NCBI GenBank assembly: GCA_963823665.1
Contig: CAWGMQ010000005.1
Coordinates: forward strand, 1,696,001-1,760,000
Direction of reading: 5' to 3'
DNA: 64,000 nt
DNA from: an uncultured Planctomycetota bacterium
Lineage (GTDB): Bacteria; Planctomycetota; Planctomycetia; Isosphaerales; Isosphaeraceae
A program made the position numbers and the translations under genes. The notes under the pieces are model-generated. The model worked only from the letters and a program-made list of their open reading frames with translations. It was not told the DNA's origin and searched no databases. Numbering within the stretch: position 1 is the stretch's first letter; each line of letters opens with the position of its first letter. Below are positions 21,466 to 31,165 of this stretch, in pieces.

Positions 21466-21652
21466 GAAGCACGAGCCCGCGGCGAGTGCTTTGTCACAAC
21501 ACCGTTCCGCCAGGAGACTTGGGAATTCGGGTTTTCGTGAGCTATGATTGACAATGGGAAGACGTTGAAGGCGTCTGCGCCGCCGGGCGAGAACTCATGC
21601 AGGCTCGACGCAAGGAAACCGCTCTGGGCCGTTATTGATCGAAGAAACACCG

Positions 21653-22560
21653 ATGCAAATACTCGTCGTCGACGATCAGATAACCGTTGGTCTGGCTCTG
21701 TGCGGGACGCTCGAAAGGCTCGGCCACGAGCCCCAGCTCGTCCCGTCGAGCTTCGCGGCCCTCGAGCTCGTCGAGAACGGTGATCGGCGAATGGTGATCA
21801 CGGATTGGATGATGCCCGATATGGACGGTCCGGAGCTTTGCCGCCGAATCCGCACATCAAGGAGGCATCCGTACACGTACATCCTGATGGTGACGGGACG
21901 GACCGATCGCCTTGATCGATTGGCCGGCTTGGCCGCCGGCGCCGATGACTTTCTGACCAAGCCCGTGGATGAGGAAGAGCTGGATCGTCCGGCTGGCGAT
22001 CGCGGGTCGCATCCTCGGCGTTCAAGCCGAGCTCGAGGCGAAGAACGCTCGTCTGGAAGAGATGGCGAACCTGGATCCGCTCACCGGACTCGCCAATCGC
22101 CGCATGCTGGCTGAAGGCATCGAGGCGGTGGTTTCCGGCGGCGAGGTGGCTGCGCCGTTCTCGGTGCTGGCAATCGACGTCGACCATTTCAAATCATACA
22201 ACGACGAATTCGGCCATCTGGCTGGCGACGACGTACTCAAACTGGTCGCGGCCACTCTGCGGGCCAACACGCGCTCGGGCGACCTGGTGGCCCGGTACGG
22301 CGGCGAAGAGTTCATCGTGCTGCTTCCGGGGGTGGATTCGCGGCTGGCCGGAAATGATCGCCGAATCGCTTCGCAGCGGCCATCGAATCGCAAGATTGGC
22401 CCCACCGCCGCGTGACCGCCAGCTTCGGCATCGCCACAGCCTGGAATGTCACCGCGCTCACCGACATCTCCGGGCTCTTGAACGCCGCCGATGCCGCCCT
22501 CTATCAGTCGAAGAAGTCCGGACGCAATCGCGTCACACACGCCGGCGGCGACGATCACCT
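21653..22560 (+). CDS. Response-regulator diguanylate cyclase (REC-GGDEF), frameshifted near 21985 and 22350; 3' end uncertain
   Basis: ILVVDD, TDWMMP, DDFLTKP, DPLTGLANRR, DVDHFK, RSGD...RYGGEEF, TASFG, ADAALY.SK.SGRN. Confidence 0.85.
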
Positions 22561-23112
22561 CACAACTCGCCCTTCAACCCCAGGTGCATGGAAAGTAGTG
22601 CTGCACCTTGTCCTGATTCTCGAGCAGCCAATCAATCGTCGGCTCATTCCGCATCGCCTTGCCGATGACCTTCGAAGTCGCCTCGCGATGGACGTCGAAG
22701 AGGGCCTTGTGGTCCACCTGCGTCAACCTCGGTCACCGACGGGTCGAGCCAGACCGAGTAAATGATCCCCAGGTCGTTGACCTTGTCTTTGGGAATGACG
22801 CCGCTGCGCACGGCGTCGAGCACGCCGTGAGCGATCGCCGCCTGGACCGTCCCCATCAGAATGTTGGTGTACTTGGCGCTCTTCACGGTCACCTTGCTCA
22901 CCATGACCGTCGCCGGCCGCACCTGGACGTCGCTGGCCAGGATGGCGAAAACCCGTGGTATGGCCCTTCACCTGGTCGCCGATCAAATGGCCCAGGGCCA
23001 TCCCTACCGGACCGTCGAGCTCGCCGATTACCACCTCGGGCTCGGCGCAAAGGTAATCTGCTGAACCTTCTACAAGGGCTTCGCCCGTTCGCAAAACAAT
23101 CCGATCGCTCAT
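22560..23112 (-). CDS. fae: Formaldehyde-activating enzyme, several frameshifts
   Basis: LRTGEALV, AEPEVVIGELDGPVG, VRPATVMVSKVTV, MGTVQAAIAHGVLDAVR, EPTIDWLLENQD. Confidence 0.9.
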
Positions 23113-23413
23113 TGTCGCTCCTCAAAGTCGCCCCGCTCTTGGCATGGATTTGGAATACCGCTCGATTGTCGAGCATGATCTCGACTCTTACAATCGGTGA
23201 TCCGGCCAAGAACGCACTCGACGCCCGCCAGAGGGTCCTTGCTGGGCCCCGAAGTTCGTCCTACCATTGTGCTAAGAATTCGTGAACAGTACGTGCAGTT
23301 CAAATGAACAGTCATGATACGGCGACCGAGCAGTTTCGGCGATCGATCAGAACCCGAGAGGTTTAAGTGGTCGTTCAGCAGCCTCGTCCGTCCGGGACTA
23401 AAATTCAAACCGT

Positions 23414-24656
23414 TTGATCTTGGCGCAGCGCCCCGTGGCTTCAGCGGCAGATCCAGCTCCAGCGACAACGCAGGCACCGTCCCGGCCGCTCCGGCTTGCG
23501 GCCCCGCGAGCTGCTTCTGGTCGAGCGAATCAAGCGGCTCAAGAAAGACGCAGGAACTCATTCACCCAGCGCGTGGACTCTCGCCAAGCTCATTCCCGAG
23601 CTCCGGCTCAAGGTTGACGCGTGTTTTCTCTCGAACCCCTACGCCACCAAGCTCTTCTTGATGCACTTCCACCGCGAGGTGATCCGGCCCAAGAAGCTTC
23701 GTGCGCTCCTTGAGCTGTACCCGTCGCAAAACCGCGTTATCGCCGCCAAGCTGGGCCGAGTGCTCGACATTGCGCCGGAATCGATCTTTGTCGGCAACGG
23801 TGCCGCTGAGATTATCCAGGCGATCCTCCACCGATTCACCCAGAGCAAGCTTCTGGTCAATCTGCCCACGTTCTCGCCCTATTACGAATTCGTCCGGCCC
23901 GACACGCAGGTCATCTACAACCTGTTGCGCAAGGAAGACAACTTCCGCTTCGACCCCGAGGCCTACATCAAGCTCGTGGAGCGCGAACGGCCCGACACGG
24001 TTGTCTTGATCAATCCCAACAACCCGGACGGCGGCTACATTCCGAACACGTCGATGCGCCGGTTGCTCGAGCGACTGCGGTCTGTACCCAACGTCATTGT
24101 CGACGAGAGCTTCATTCACTTCGCTTGCGAAGGAAACGATTACACCTACCGCAGCCTGGCTGATTACGCCGGCCGGTTCCCCAACTTGACCGTCGTGAAG
24201 AGCATGTCCAAGGACTTCGGAGTCGCAGGCATTCGCGCCGGTTATGCCGTGATGGCGCCTAATCGCGTGCAGGCACTCCTCGAAAACGGCTACCTCTGGA
24301 ATTCATCCGGTCTCGCCGAGTACTTCTTCGACCTGTATTCCCGGCCCGACTTCCAGATGCAGTATGAACGCGAACGGATCCGCTTCATCCGCAACACGAA
24401 ACGATTCTTTGAGGCTCTGGCCAAGATTGATGGCCTGCGCGTTTATCCGTCTTTCGCCAACTTCGCGCTCGTCGAGCTGGGTGCCGGTTGGAACGCAGAA
24501 GACCTGGTATGCCGCCTGCTCATCCGCCGCGGAATTTACACGCGAACCTGTGACGACAAGAAAGGCCTCGAGGCCGGCAAATTCGTTCGCATCGCCGCCC
24601 GCAATCGCCCCGAGAATGCCTATATCATCCGCTCGCTCCGGCACTTGATCGGATAA
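23414..24656 (+). CDS. Class I/II PLP aminotransferase (HisC/CobD-like); start uncertain, possible frameshift near 23495
   Basis: DACFLSNPY, GNGAAE, INPNNPDG, VDESF, KSMSKDFGVAGIRAGY, PSFANF. Confidence 0.88.
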
Positions 24657-24674
24657 GCTCATCAATAGCGAGCT

Positions 24675-25859
24675 TTATTTCGACGAATGCCGCGCTGCGC
24701 CTTTCAATTCTTGAATTTCGATTCGTCGAAATTCAACGCGGCCCGATCGGCTTTGGAACGCAATCCGACCGGAATCACCCATGATCTTCTTGGCTTCGGC
24801 GTGCTGGTCAAACCGCACATCTTGCACCGGATCGCCGTTAATCCACAGTCGCAGCCGTGGTCCGCGGAACTCGACTTCCACGACGTTCCATGCTCGCTGG
24901 GGTCGTAGCGGGACGGGAACGCGCGGCCTCGTATGCGGGTGGTTCCGATCCACCCTCAGCGACATGATCGTACCGGTCGAGATCGGGTGGTCCTGATCTC
25001 CCAAAAGCTGAATTTCGTAGCGATCATCGAGCCGTGCCCCCTCCGCAGTGCGCACAGCGAGTCCGCCATCGCTCTGGGGCTGCGCCCGATACTCGAAGCG
25101 CAGTCGAAAATCGGAAAACTGCTTCTGCGTGTAGATCCAACTGGCCAGATATGCTTTGGTCGCGGTCAGGTCGTTTCCAACGAGCGAGTGAGCGGCGGCG
25201 TCGATAGACCAGCGATTGTCGCCCCCAGTCCAGCCGGTCAAATCGCGACCGTTCAAGAGCGCCGTGAAGCCGGGCGAGGGTTGCCAGGGGTCGGCCGTGG
25301 CAACCGCAGCAGCGGCTGCCTTCTTCTTCTTGACCTTCGCGTGCTCGGGTGCGTTTCTGGAGGCCGGCTCGGTATTGGGCGCGGCTGGCGACACGGCCGA
25401 AGCAGGCGATTTCTTCGACTCGGGGCCGTTCACCGACGCGATTCTGGGTGCCGGCAAGGCCGCCCTGGCCGGTGCTTTCTCGCTCTCAGAAGCGCTCGTC
25501 GAGGCAACTTCACCTTTCGGCTCGCCGGCCGCTGAGCCGCCGGTCGGCACTGCCGACCCGGCCTTTGCAGGTGCCGCTTTGACGGGCGTGACGATGCCCG
25601 CTGAGCTGCCAAGATCGGCAACGGCTTCTGACTTCGGCTCGGCCTGTCCATCCGCAACCTTTGGATCGCGTGAGTCGAGGTATTTCAGAAACAAGCCGAC
25701 AAGGATCGGGGCAATGATCGTCCCGAACGCGGCCCCCACGATTTTGGCGATCAACGGCAATGAACCAGAGGGCGCGTTCAAATTTCCCCCGTCGGCTCGC
25801 AATGGTAAGTCCCGACAGGGAGCCCGGCGCCCAGGATTCGCAGGCGGTTTCTCCGGCAT
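24675..25859 (-). CDS. Membrane-anchored DUF1080 (3-keto-disaccharide hydrolase-like) protein with Ala/Pro-rich linker
   Basis: GFTALLNGRDLTGW, FSDFRLRFEY, YEIQL, WNVVEV, WING, GRIAFQ, EFRRIEI. Confidence 0.85.
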   Translation of the reverse strand: MPEKPPANPGRRAPCRDLPLRADGGNLNAPSGSLPLIAKIVGAAFGTIIAPILVGLFLKYLDSRDPKVADGQAEPKSEAVADLGSSAGIVTPVKAAPAKAGSAVPTGGSAAGEPKGEVASTSASESEKAPARAALPAPRIASVNGPESKKSPASAVSPAAPNTEPASRNAPEHAKVKKKKAAAAAVATADPWQPSPGFTALLNGRDLTGWTGGDNRWSIDAAAHSLVGNDLTATKAYLASWIYTQKQFSDFRLRFEYRAQPQSDGGLAVRTAEGARLDDRYEIQLLGDQDHPISTGTIMSLRVDRNHPHTRPRVPVPLRPQRAWNVVEVEFRGPRLRLWINGDPVQDVRFDQHAEAKKIMGDSGRIAFQSRSGRVEFRRIEIQELKGAARHSSK

Positions 25860-26030
25860 TGCTCCGCTCCATTTCCCGCTGGAATGGATGGAAGGGGAAA
25901 ACTCCCCTTTTCGCCTCAACTATAGAGATAATTCGGTTCGCTTCGCAACGAAAAATCTGTCGCGTCGTGGTGCGCGAAAATCAAAAGGCATGATCGATTG
26001 ATCGCCTTCGAGAGCCAGACACAGCCGGTG

Positions 26031-29000
26031 TCATTTTGGTTTGGCACCCGGAACGGGCACCTGGCTGCTCGTCGCGAGATAGGCAAACAAATCGCGAATT
26101 TCCTGGTCTGCGAGCGTCTCGAGCTGCCCCTCCGGCATCATCGACGCCGATGACGGCTTGATCGCCTCAATATCTTCGCGCGGCACCACGATCCGCTCGT
26201 TGGCCGTCTGGATCACGAGCGAAGCGTCGTTCTGCTCCCTGACGATTCCCGAGATCAGCCGCCCGTCGTTCGTGGCCAGGTTCGTCACGGTGTAATCCCG
26301 GCTCACCGCGGCACTGGGGTCGAGCACATTCTCCAGGATATAGTCGGCATTGGCGCGATCCGAGCCGGTCAGATCGGGTCCGACATCGCCCCCTGCATCG
26401 TAGAGCTTGTGGCAGGCGAGGCAGGTGCGGTTGAAAACGGCCCGCCCTCGTCCCGGATCGGGCGATTGATCCGCAGGCGAGGCCAGCAGTGATTTGTACT
26501 TCGCGAGGAGACTGGACTTCGCTTTCGACGTCGGCTGTATTTTGCCCCAGACCTTCTCGATCTGCTCGCTCAACTCTCGGTCGCCAAAGGCCTGTAACTG
26601 GCGCGCGATCGAGACGCTCACGTCGCGCCGGGGTATCGCACCGCGGCCCAGAGCACCCACGAGTGCTTTCGCCCACGCGGGCCTGGCCGCGAGCGTTGCG
26701 ATCGCATCCTCCCGCTCGGCGGGAGAGCATTCGCGATAGCGCCCGAGAATCGTCTCGGGCGTGGCCGGATCGTCGTAAGCCGCCAGCGAGCGCAGCGCCA
26801 ATCCGCGCAGGGCTTGATCACCAGTCAGAGCTTGAAGGTCGGCCGCAAGGTTCGGCACGTGGCGCTCGACGAGGGCCGCGATCATCCGGCTGCGCTCTCC
26901 GGCAGGGGTTTCCGGATCCATTGCCGTTCTCCGCAGCACACCGATTGCCTTCGGCTCGCCGAAGTCGAGCCCGAGCAGGAGCGCTTGCTCGATCAATTCG
27001 AGGTCGCGCCGAGTCACCAATTCCGCAAAAGCCTCAATCCAACCTTGCGGCTCGGCAATATGCTTGCGGCCCCGCAGAGCGTCGCGAGTGCCGCTTAATA
27101 TGTCGCGGCAAGCGAGGTCTCCGACGCTCCTTAGCATCGACACGACCGCCGCCAAGCCCGCCACCGGCTCGGCGGAGACTGCGCGCCTGGCAACATATTG
27201 ACGCACGGCCTGAATCTGACTGTTTTTCGCCAGGTTCAGTGCCCGCGTGCGATCCGCCACCGCGAGCGGCTCGACTCCATACCAGATCATCAAGCTCAGC
27301 GATCGGTCGGTGGCATCCTCTTTGTGGCCGGCGAGCGGCTCGGCAATCGCCCAGCGCTCTGGAATCGGAATGCGCTCCAGTGCCGACGCCAGGCCCAGCC
27401 GCACCTTCGGGCTCGGATCGTTCCTGGCCAGCCCGGCAAATCGGCCCAGCACCGCCGCGCCGGGCGTTTTATCGTCGCAGAGCAGCCGGATTGCCCACGC
27501 GCGAATGTGCTCGCTGGGATCTTCGAGCAGCGTTTGCAGCACGTTCTCCCGGAGTCCGCCTGTCGCGTACAGCGCCCAGAGCGCACGCAAGCGTCGGCTG
27601 ACCTCTGGATTGGACGCGAGGATTTCCCCGAGCTCCCGGTTCGCCGCACCCAGGTCTTTGCCGGCAACCGCCCGTTCCTGAAGCAACCGCCGCGCCGTGC
27701 GCACGTACCAGTCGTTCGCATGGACCTGATAGCGTGCGAGCGCGAGATCGCTCTCTTGCGAAAGATCGACCTTCACCACAGCGGCCTTACCGAAACTGAT
27801 CTTGTAAATCCGTCCGTTCTCGCGGTGTGCGTTGTCGGCGTCGGTTTCGTGACATTCACCGGTGTCGTACCAGTCCGTCAAATACACAGTGCCGTCGGGG
27901 CCATACTTGAGCTCGAGCCCGCGAAACCACGTGTCTTGCACCGTGAGAAAATCCTTCTCATGCGTTGCGACATATCCTGACTTGCTGCGCTCGAGCCGGT
28001 CATGATTGACGCGGTGACCGTGAATGTTGCATGTGAACACGCCGTTGCGATAACGATCCGGCCAGTTATTTCCCAGATAGATCATCGCCCCGACGTGAGC
28101 ATGTCCGCCGCCGGCTTCACCATGCTTGCCTCTTCCCTCGCGCGAGTCTTGCCACCGCCCACCCGCCCAGTGCAAATGGTCGGCGCAGGTCTCCATCAGC
28201 TCGTAGCGATTGGGTACCACGTCTTCGCCGAACATTCGCTGAAAATGGGCGCCGGGAACGACGTGAAAGAGGTGGGGAATCACGCAATTGGTGATGAACG
28301 CTTCACCCAGGTCGTCAAAATCAAGGCCCCAGGGATTGGTCGTTCCGTGCGCCACCGCTTCGAAGACTAGACGAGTGGGGTGAAATCGCCAGACACCGCA
28401 GTCCAGCGCAACGCGTTTTTCGTCGGGCGTGCCCGGCTTGCCGACACGTGAAATCGACAGGATTCCGTTGCACCCCCAGAGCCAGCCGTCTGGGCCCCAT
28501 TTGAGGGCGTTGAACATATTGTGCTGGGGAGTCTTGCTCCAACCATCGAGCTTGATGACGGGCGGCCCGTCGGGACGATCGTCTCCGTTCTGATCGGGAA
28601 TGAACAGCAAGTTCGGCGTCGAGCACACCCAAACGCCGCCGAACCCCAGCTCGATCCCCGTGAAATTGGTCCCGTGCTCGTAGAAAACGGTCCGGCGATC
28701 GAAATGGCCGTCGCCGTCAGCGTCTTCGAAGATCAGGATGCGATCCCGTCCTGTGGGCCCTCCCAGCCAGATCGGATAGGCATAATTCTCGACGACCCAC
28801 AGACGACCCTTGTGGTCGATGGTCATCGCGATCGGTTGAACGACGTCGGGCTCGGCTGCGAACTGGGTGACGGTGAACCCGTCGGGAACTTTGATTCGGG
28901 CGGCGGCCTCCTTCGGAGGGACCGGTGCATTCGGGGACAGCGGGGTTTGCGCGGGTGCAATCGCAATCAGGTAATGGCAGTCTCCCAGCAAAACAAAGCT

Positions 29001-29060
29001 GCAAATAAGAATCGCGCGGAGTCCGCCTCGACTTTTTGAACGGCTGCGCACAACGATCAT
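26031..29060 (-). CDS. PVC-type heme-binding CxxCH protein
   Basis: VPDGFTVTQFAAEP, WGPDGWLWG, HGTTNPWG, HEAT repeats, CLACH, GPDLTG, SMMPEG; likely start 29060 (frame open to 29195). Confidence 0.92.
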   Translation of the reverse strand: MIVVRSRSKSRGGLRAILICSFVLLGDCHYLIAIAPAQTPLSPNAPVPPKEAAARIKVPDGFTVTQFAAEPDVVQPIAMTIDHKGRLWVVENYAYPIWLGGPTGRDRILIFEDADGDGHFDRRTVFYEHGTNFTGIELGFGGVWVCSTPNLLFIPDQNGDDRPDGPPVIKLDGWSKTPQHNMFNALKWGPDGWLWGCNGILSISRVGKPGTPDEKRVALDCGVWRFHPTRLVFEAVAHGTTNPWGLDFDDLGEAFITNCVIPHLFHVVPGAHFQRMFGEDVVPNRYELMETCADHLHWAGGRWQDSREGRGKHGEAGGGHAHVGAMIYLGNNWPDRYRNGVFTCNIHGHRVNHDRLERSKSGYVATHEKDFLTVQDTWFRGLELKYGPDGTVYLTDWYDTGECHETDADNAHRENGRIYKISFGKAAVVKVDLSQESDLALARYQVHANDWYVRTARRLLQERAVAGKDLGAANRELGEILASNPEVSRRLRALWALYATGGLRENVLQTLLEDPSEHIRAWAIRLLCDDKTPGAAVLGRFAGLARNDPSPKVRLGLASALERIPIPERWAIAEPLAGHKEDATDRSLSLMIWYGVEPLAVADRTRALNLAKNSQIQAVRQYVARRAVSAEPVAGLAAVVSMLRSVGDLACRDILSGTRDALRGRKHIAEPQGWIEAFAELVTRRDLELIEQALLLGLDFGEPKAIGVLRRTAMDPETPAGERSRMIAALVERHVPNLAADLQALTGDQALRGLALRSLAAYDDPATPETILGRYRECSPAEREDAIATLAARPAWAKALVGALGRGAIPRRDVSVSIARQLQAFGDRELSEQIEKVWGKIQPTSKAKSSLLAKYKSLLASPADQSPDPGRGRAVFNRTCLACHKLYDAGGDVGPDLTGSDRANADYILENVLDPSAAVSRDYTVTNLATNDGRLISGIVREQNDASLVIQTANERIVVPREDIEAIKPSSASMMPEGQLETLADQEIRDLFAYLATSSQVPVPGAKPK

Positions 29061-29148
29061 AATCGGCTCCCTGCGGTTCCCGTGAGATCGATAACGAAGG
29101 TCGTCCGTAATGGCGTTGCTCAGGCCGTCGAGCCGTGCGCGAAAGTTG

Positions 29149-29382
29149 TCAGTGCGCTCGTCGCGCACGACCGCCAGCGTTTTTTTTCTGGCCATGTTCC
29201 TCGTTCGCCATTTGCTTCGGTCGGATTGTGTCGGTCAGGCCGGCCTGCTCCAAGGCTTTCTTCTGACCGGCGTCCACAATGAGCGTTCGCTCGTGTCGCG
29301 TTTGGAACGCACCACTACGTTCCAGGAGCAAGCCAATGGCGCCGCCGTATTTGCCTGCTTTGATTCTTACTGCGACGGGCAT
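29149..29382 (-). CDS. Small hypothetical protein
   Basis: GGAAGG RBS, MPVAVRIKAGKYGG...; overlaps a second RBS-preceded ATG at 29195. Confidence 0.5.
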   Translation of the reverse strand: MPVAVRIKAGKYGGAIGLLLERSGAFQTRHERTLIVDAGQKKALEQAGLTDTIRPKQMANEEHGQKKNAGGRARRAH

Positions 29383-29704
29383 CACTGTGCCTTCCAAAAG
29401 CGGGCTTTGGCCCAAGAACAGCTTCCAAGATAGCACAAAACGCAGAGCAATTCCACGATGAGACGCCAGAACGAAAAGACGACTAGTTACGCTGCCGATC
29501 GAAGGTACGACCAAGCTCGCTGCTCAAGAGACCAGGGCAAGTCCGTCGCTCGTGAATTTCCCGTGAACACTTGCCCAAATCGCACAAACCAGGCAGGCTT
29601 GAGCCTGAACCGGCAATCGGGAAGTCATGCGCCGGAATGGCACCGGACCGGATTGCTCGATCCGATTAGGCAATGCCTCGCTAAGTCCCCGTTGAGTGAG
29701 TCAT

Positions 29705-31150
29705 ATGGCCAGGTCATTCTGGGAAGCATTTACCCTCCTGCCGCTTTCCCACCAGCTCTTCTTCGCATTCGCACTCGTCATCGCGTTCGCCTTCGAATTC
29801 ATCAATGGCTTCCATGACACGGCGAACGCGGTCACGACGGTGATCTACACGCACACGCTCAAGCCGACCACCGCCGTGATCTACTCGGGGATCTTGAACT
29901 TCCTGGGTGTGCTGCTGGGAGGCACGGCGGTCGCGTTCAGCATCGTGAACCTGCTGCCGGTCGACCTGCTGATCGAGGGCAATACAGCTCGCGCCGTCGT
30001 GATGGTGCTCTCGCTGCTCCTGGCTGGGGTCATCTGGAACCTCGCTACCTGGTGGTATGGGCTGCCGGTTTCCAGCTCGCACACGCTCATCGGGTCGATC
30101 CTGGGCGTGGGGCTCGTCAACAGCGTTTTGACTCGAGGCGATTTTCAGGGAGTGAACTGGTCCAAGGCCGGTGAGGTCGCCCTTTCACTTTTGATCTCGC
30201 CTGCCATCGGCTTCGTCGCAGCCGCGGTAATTCTCCTCATGATGAAGCGGATGATCCCCGAGCCGAGACTTTATCAACCGCCGGATCAGGGAGACACGCC
30301 TCCGCGATGGGTCCGCGGGGTCTTGCTGGCGACGTGTGGTGGCGTCAGTCTCGCGCATGGCTCAAATGACGGTCAGAAAGGCATGGGGTTGATCCTGCTG
30401 GTGCTGATCGGCTTTCTGCCCGCGCACTACGCGCTCAACGTCAACGATCCTGCGCGGGCGAATGCGGTCCGCGAGTCGGCGATCGCGGTGCGCAACATCT
30501 TCGAGCAGCAAGAACCCGCGTCATTCAGTCCGGCAATCCGGGCCGATCTGGACACCATCGAAACGGCGCTAGCCGGGAAATCCAGCTTCGGCGAGGTGCC
30601 ATCGGAAGAGCGCTGGGAGGTCAGGCAGGCGGTGTTTCGCCTGCACCGCGATGTCCGGCGCGCTGGCGTCTCTCCGGCCGTTCGACATGCGCTTGCAGCA
30701 CACATCGCCAGCTTCGCGGGCGCGATTGAATACGTGCCCTACTGGGTCGTTTTCAGCGTGGCGGTGACTCTCGGGGCCGGAACCGCCGTCGGGTACAAGC
30801 GCGTCGTCGTGACCGTTGCCGAAAAGATTGGCAAGGCGCACATGACCTACGCCCAAGGCGCTGCTGCCGAGGTTGTCGCGGCGATCACCATCGGCCTCGC
30901 CGACGTTTTGCAGATGCCGGTGAGCACCACTCATGTGCTCTCCTCCGGCGTGGCGGGCACCATGTGGGCGAACCGCTCCGGGATTCAAGGCGTGACCGTC
31001 CGCAAAATCGGCCTAGCGTGGGTCCTGACTCTTCCCGCAGCGATCCTGCTCTCCGCCGCGTTGTTCAGCCTCGGCGGGCTTCTCATTCCCGCCCCCGCGC
31101 CCGAAGAAGCCCCAGCGACGCAATCGACCGAGGCGTCCGATGGCCGTTGA
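29705..31150 (+). CDS. pitA: Inorganic phosphate transporter, PiT family
   Basis: INGFHDTANAV, GLPVSSSH, AHGSNDGQK, PVSTTH. Confidence 0.92.
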   Translation: MARSFWEAFTLLPLSHQLFFAFALVIAFAFEFINGFHDTANAVTTVIYTHTLKPTTAVIYSGILNFLGVLLGGTAVAFSIVNLLPVDLLIEGNTARAVVMVLSLLLAGVIWNLATWWYGLPVSSSHTLIGSILGVGLVNSVLTRGDFQGVNWSKAGEVALSLLISPAIGFVAAAVILLMMKRMIPEPRLYQPPDQGDTPPRWVRGVLLATCGGVSLAHGSNDGQKGMGLILLVLIGFLPAHYALNVNDPARANAVRESAIAVRNIFEQQEPASFSPAIRADLDTIETALAGKSSFGEVPSEERWEVRQAVFRLHRDVRRAGVSPAVRHALAAHIASFAGAIEYVPYWVVFSVAVTLGAGTAVGYKRVVVTVAEKIGKAHMTYAQGAAAEVVAAITIGLADVLQMPVSTTHVLSSGVAGTMWANRSGIQGVTVRKIGLAWVLTLPAAILLSAALFSLGGLLIPAPAPEEAPATQSTEASDGR

Positions 31151-31165
31151 CAGGTGCCTGGACGA

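Noticed and set aside
22582..22608. AGGTGCA...TGCACCT hairpin as a terminator
   Set aside because: Lies within the reconstructed fae coding 3' end
29638..29656. Sigma54 promoter upstream of pitA (TGGCACC...TTGC)
   Set aside because: GG-to-GC spacing is not 10 nt
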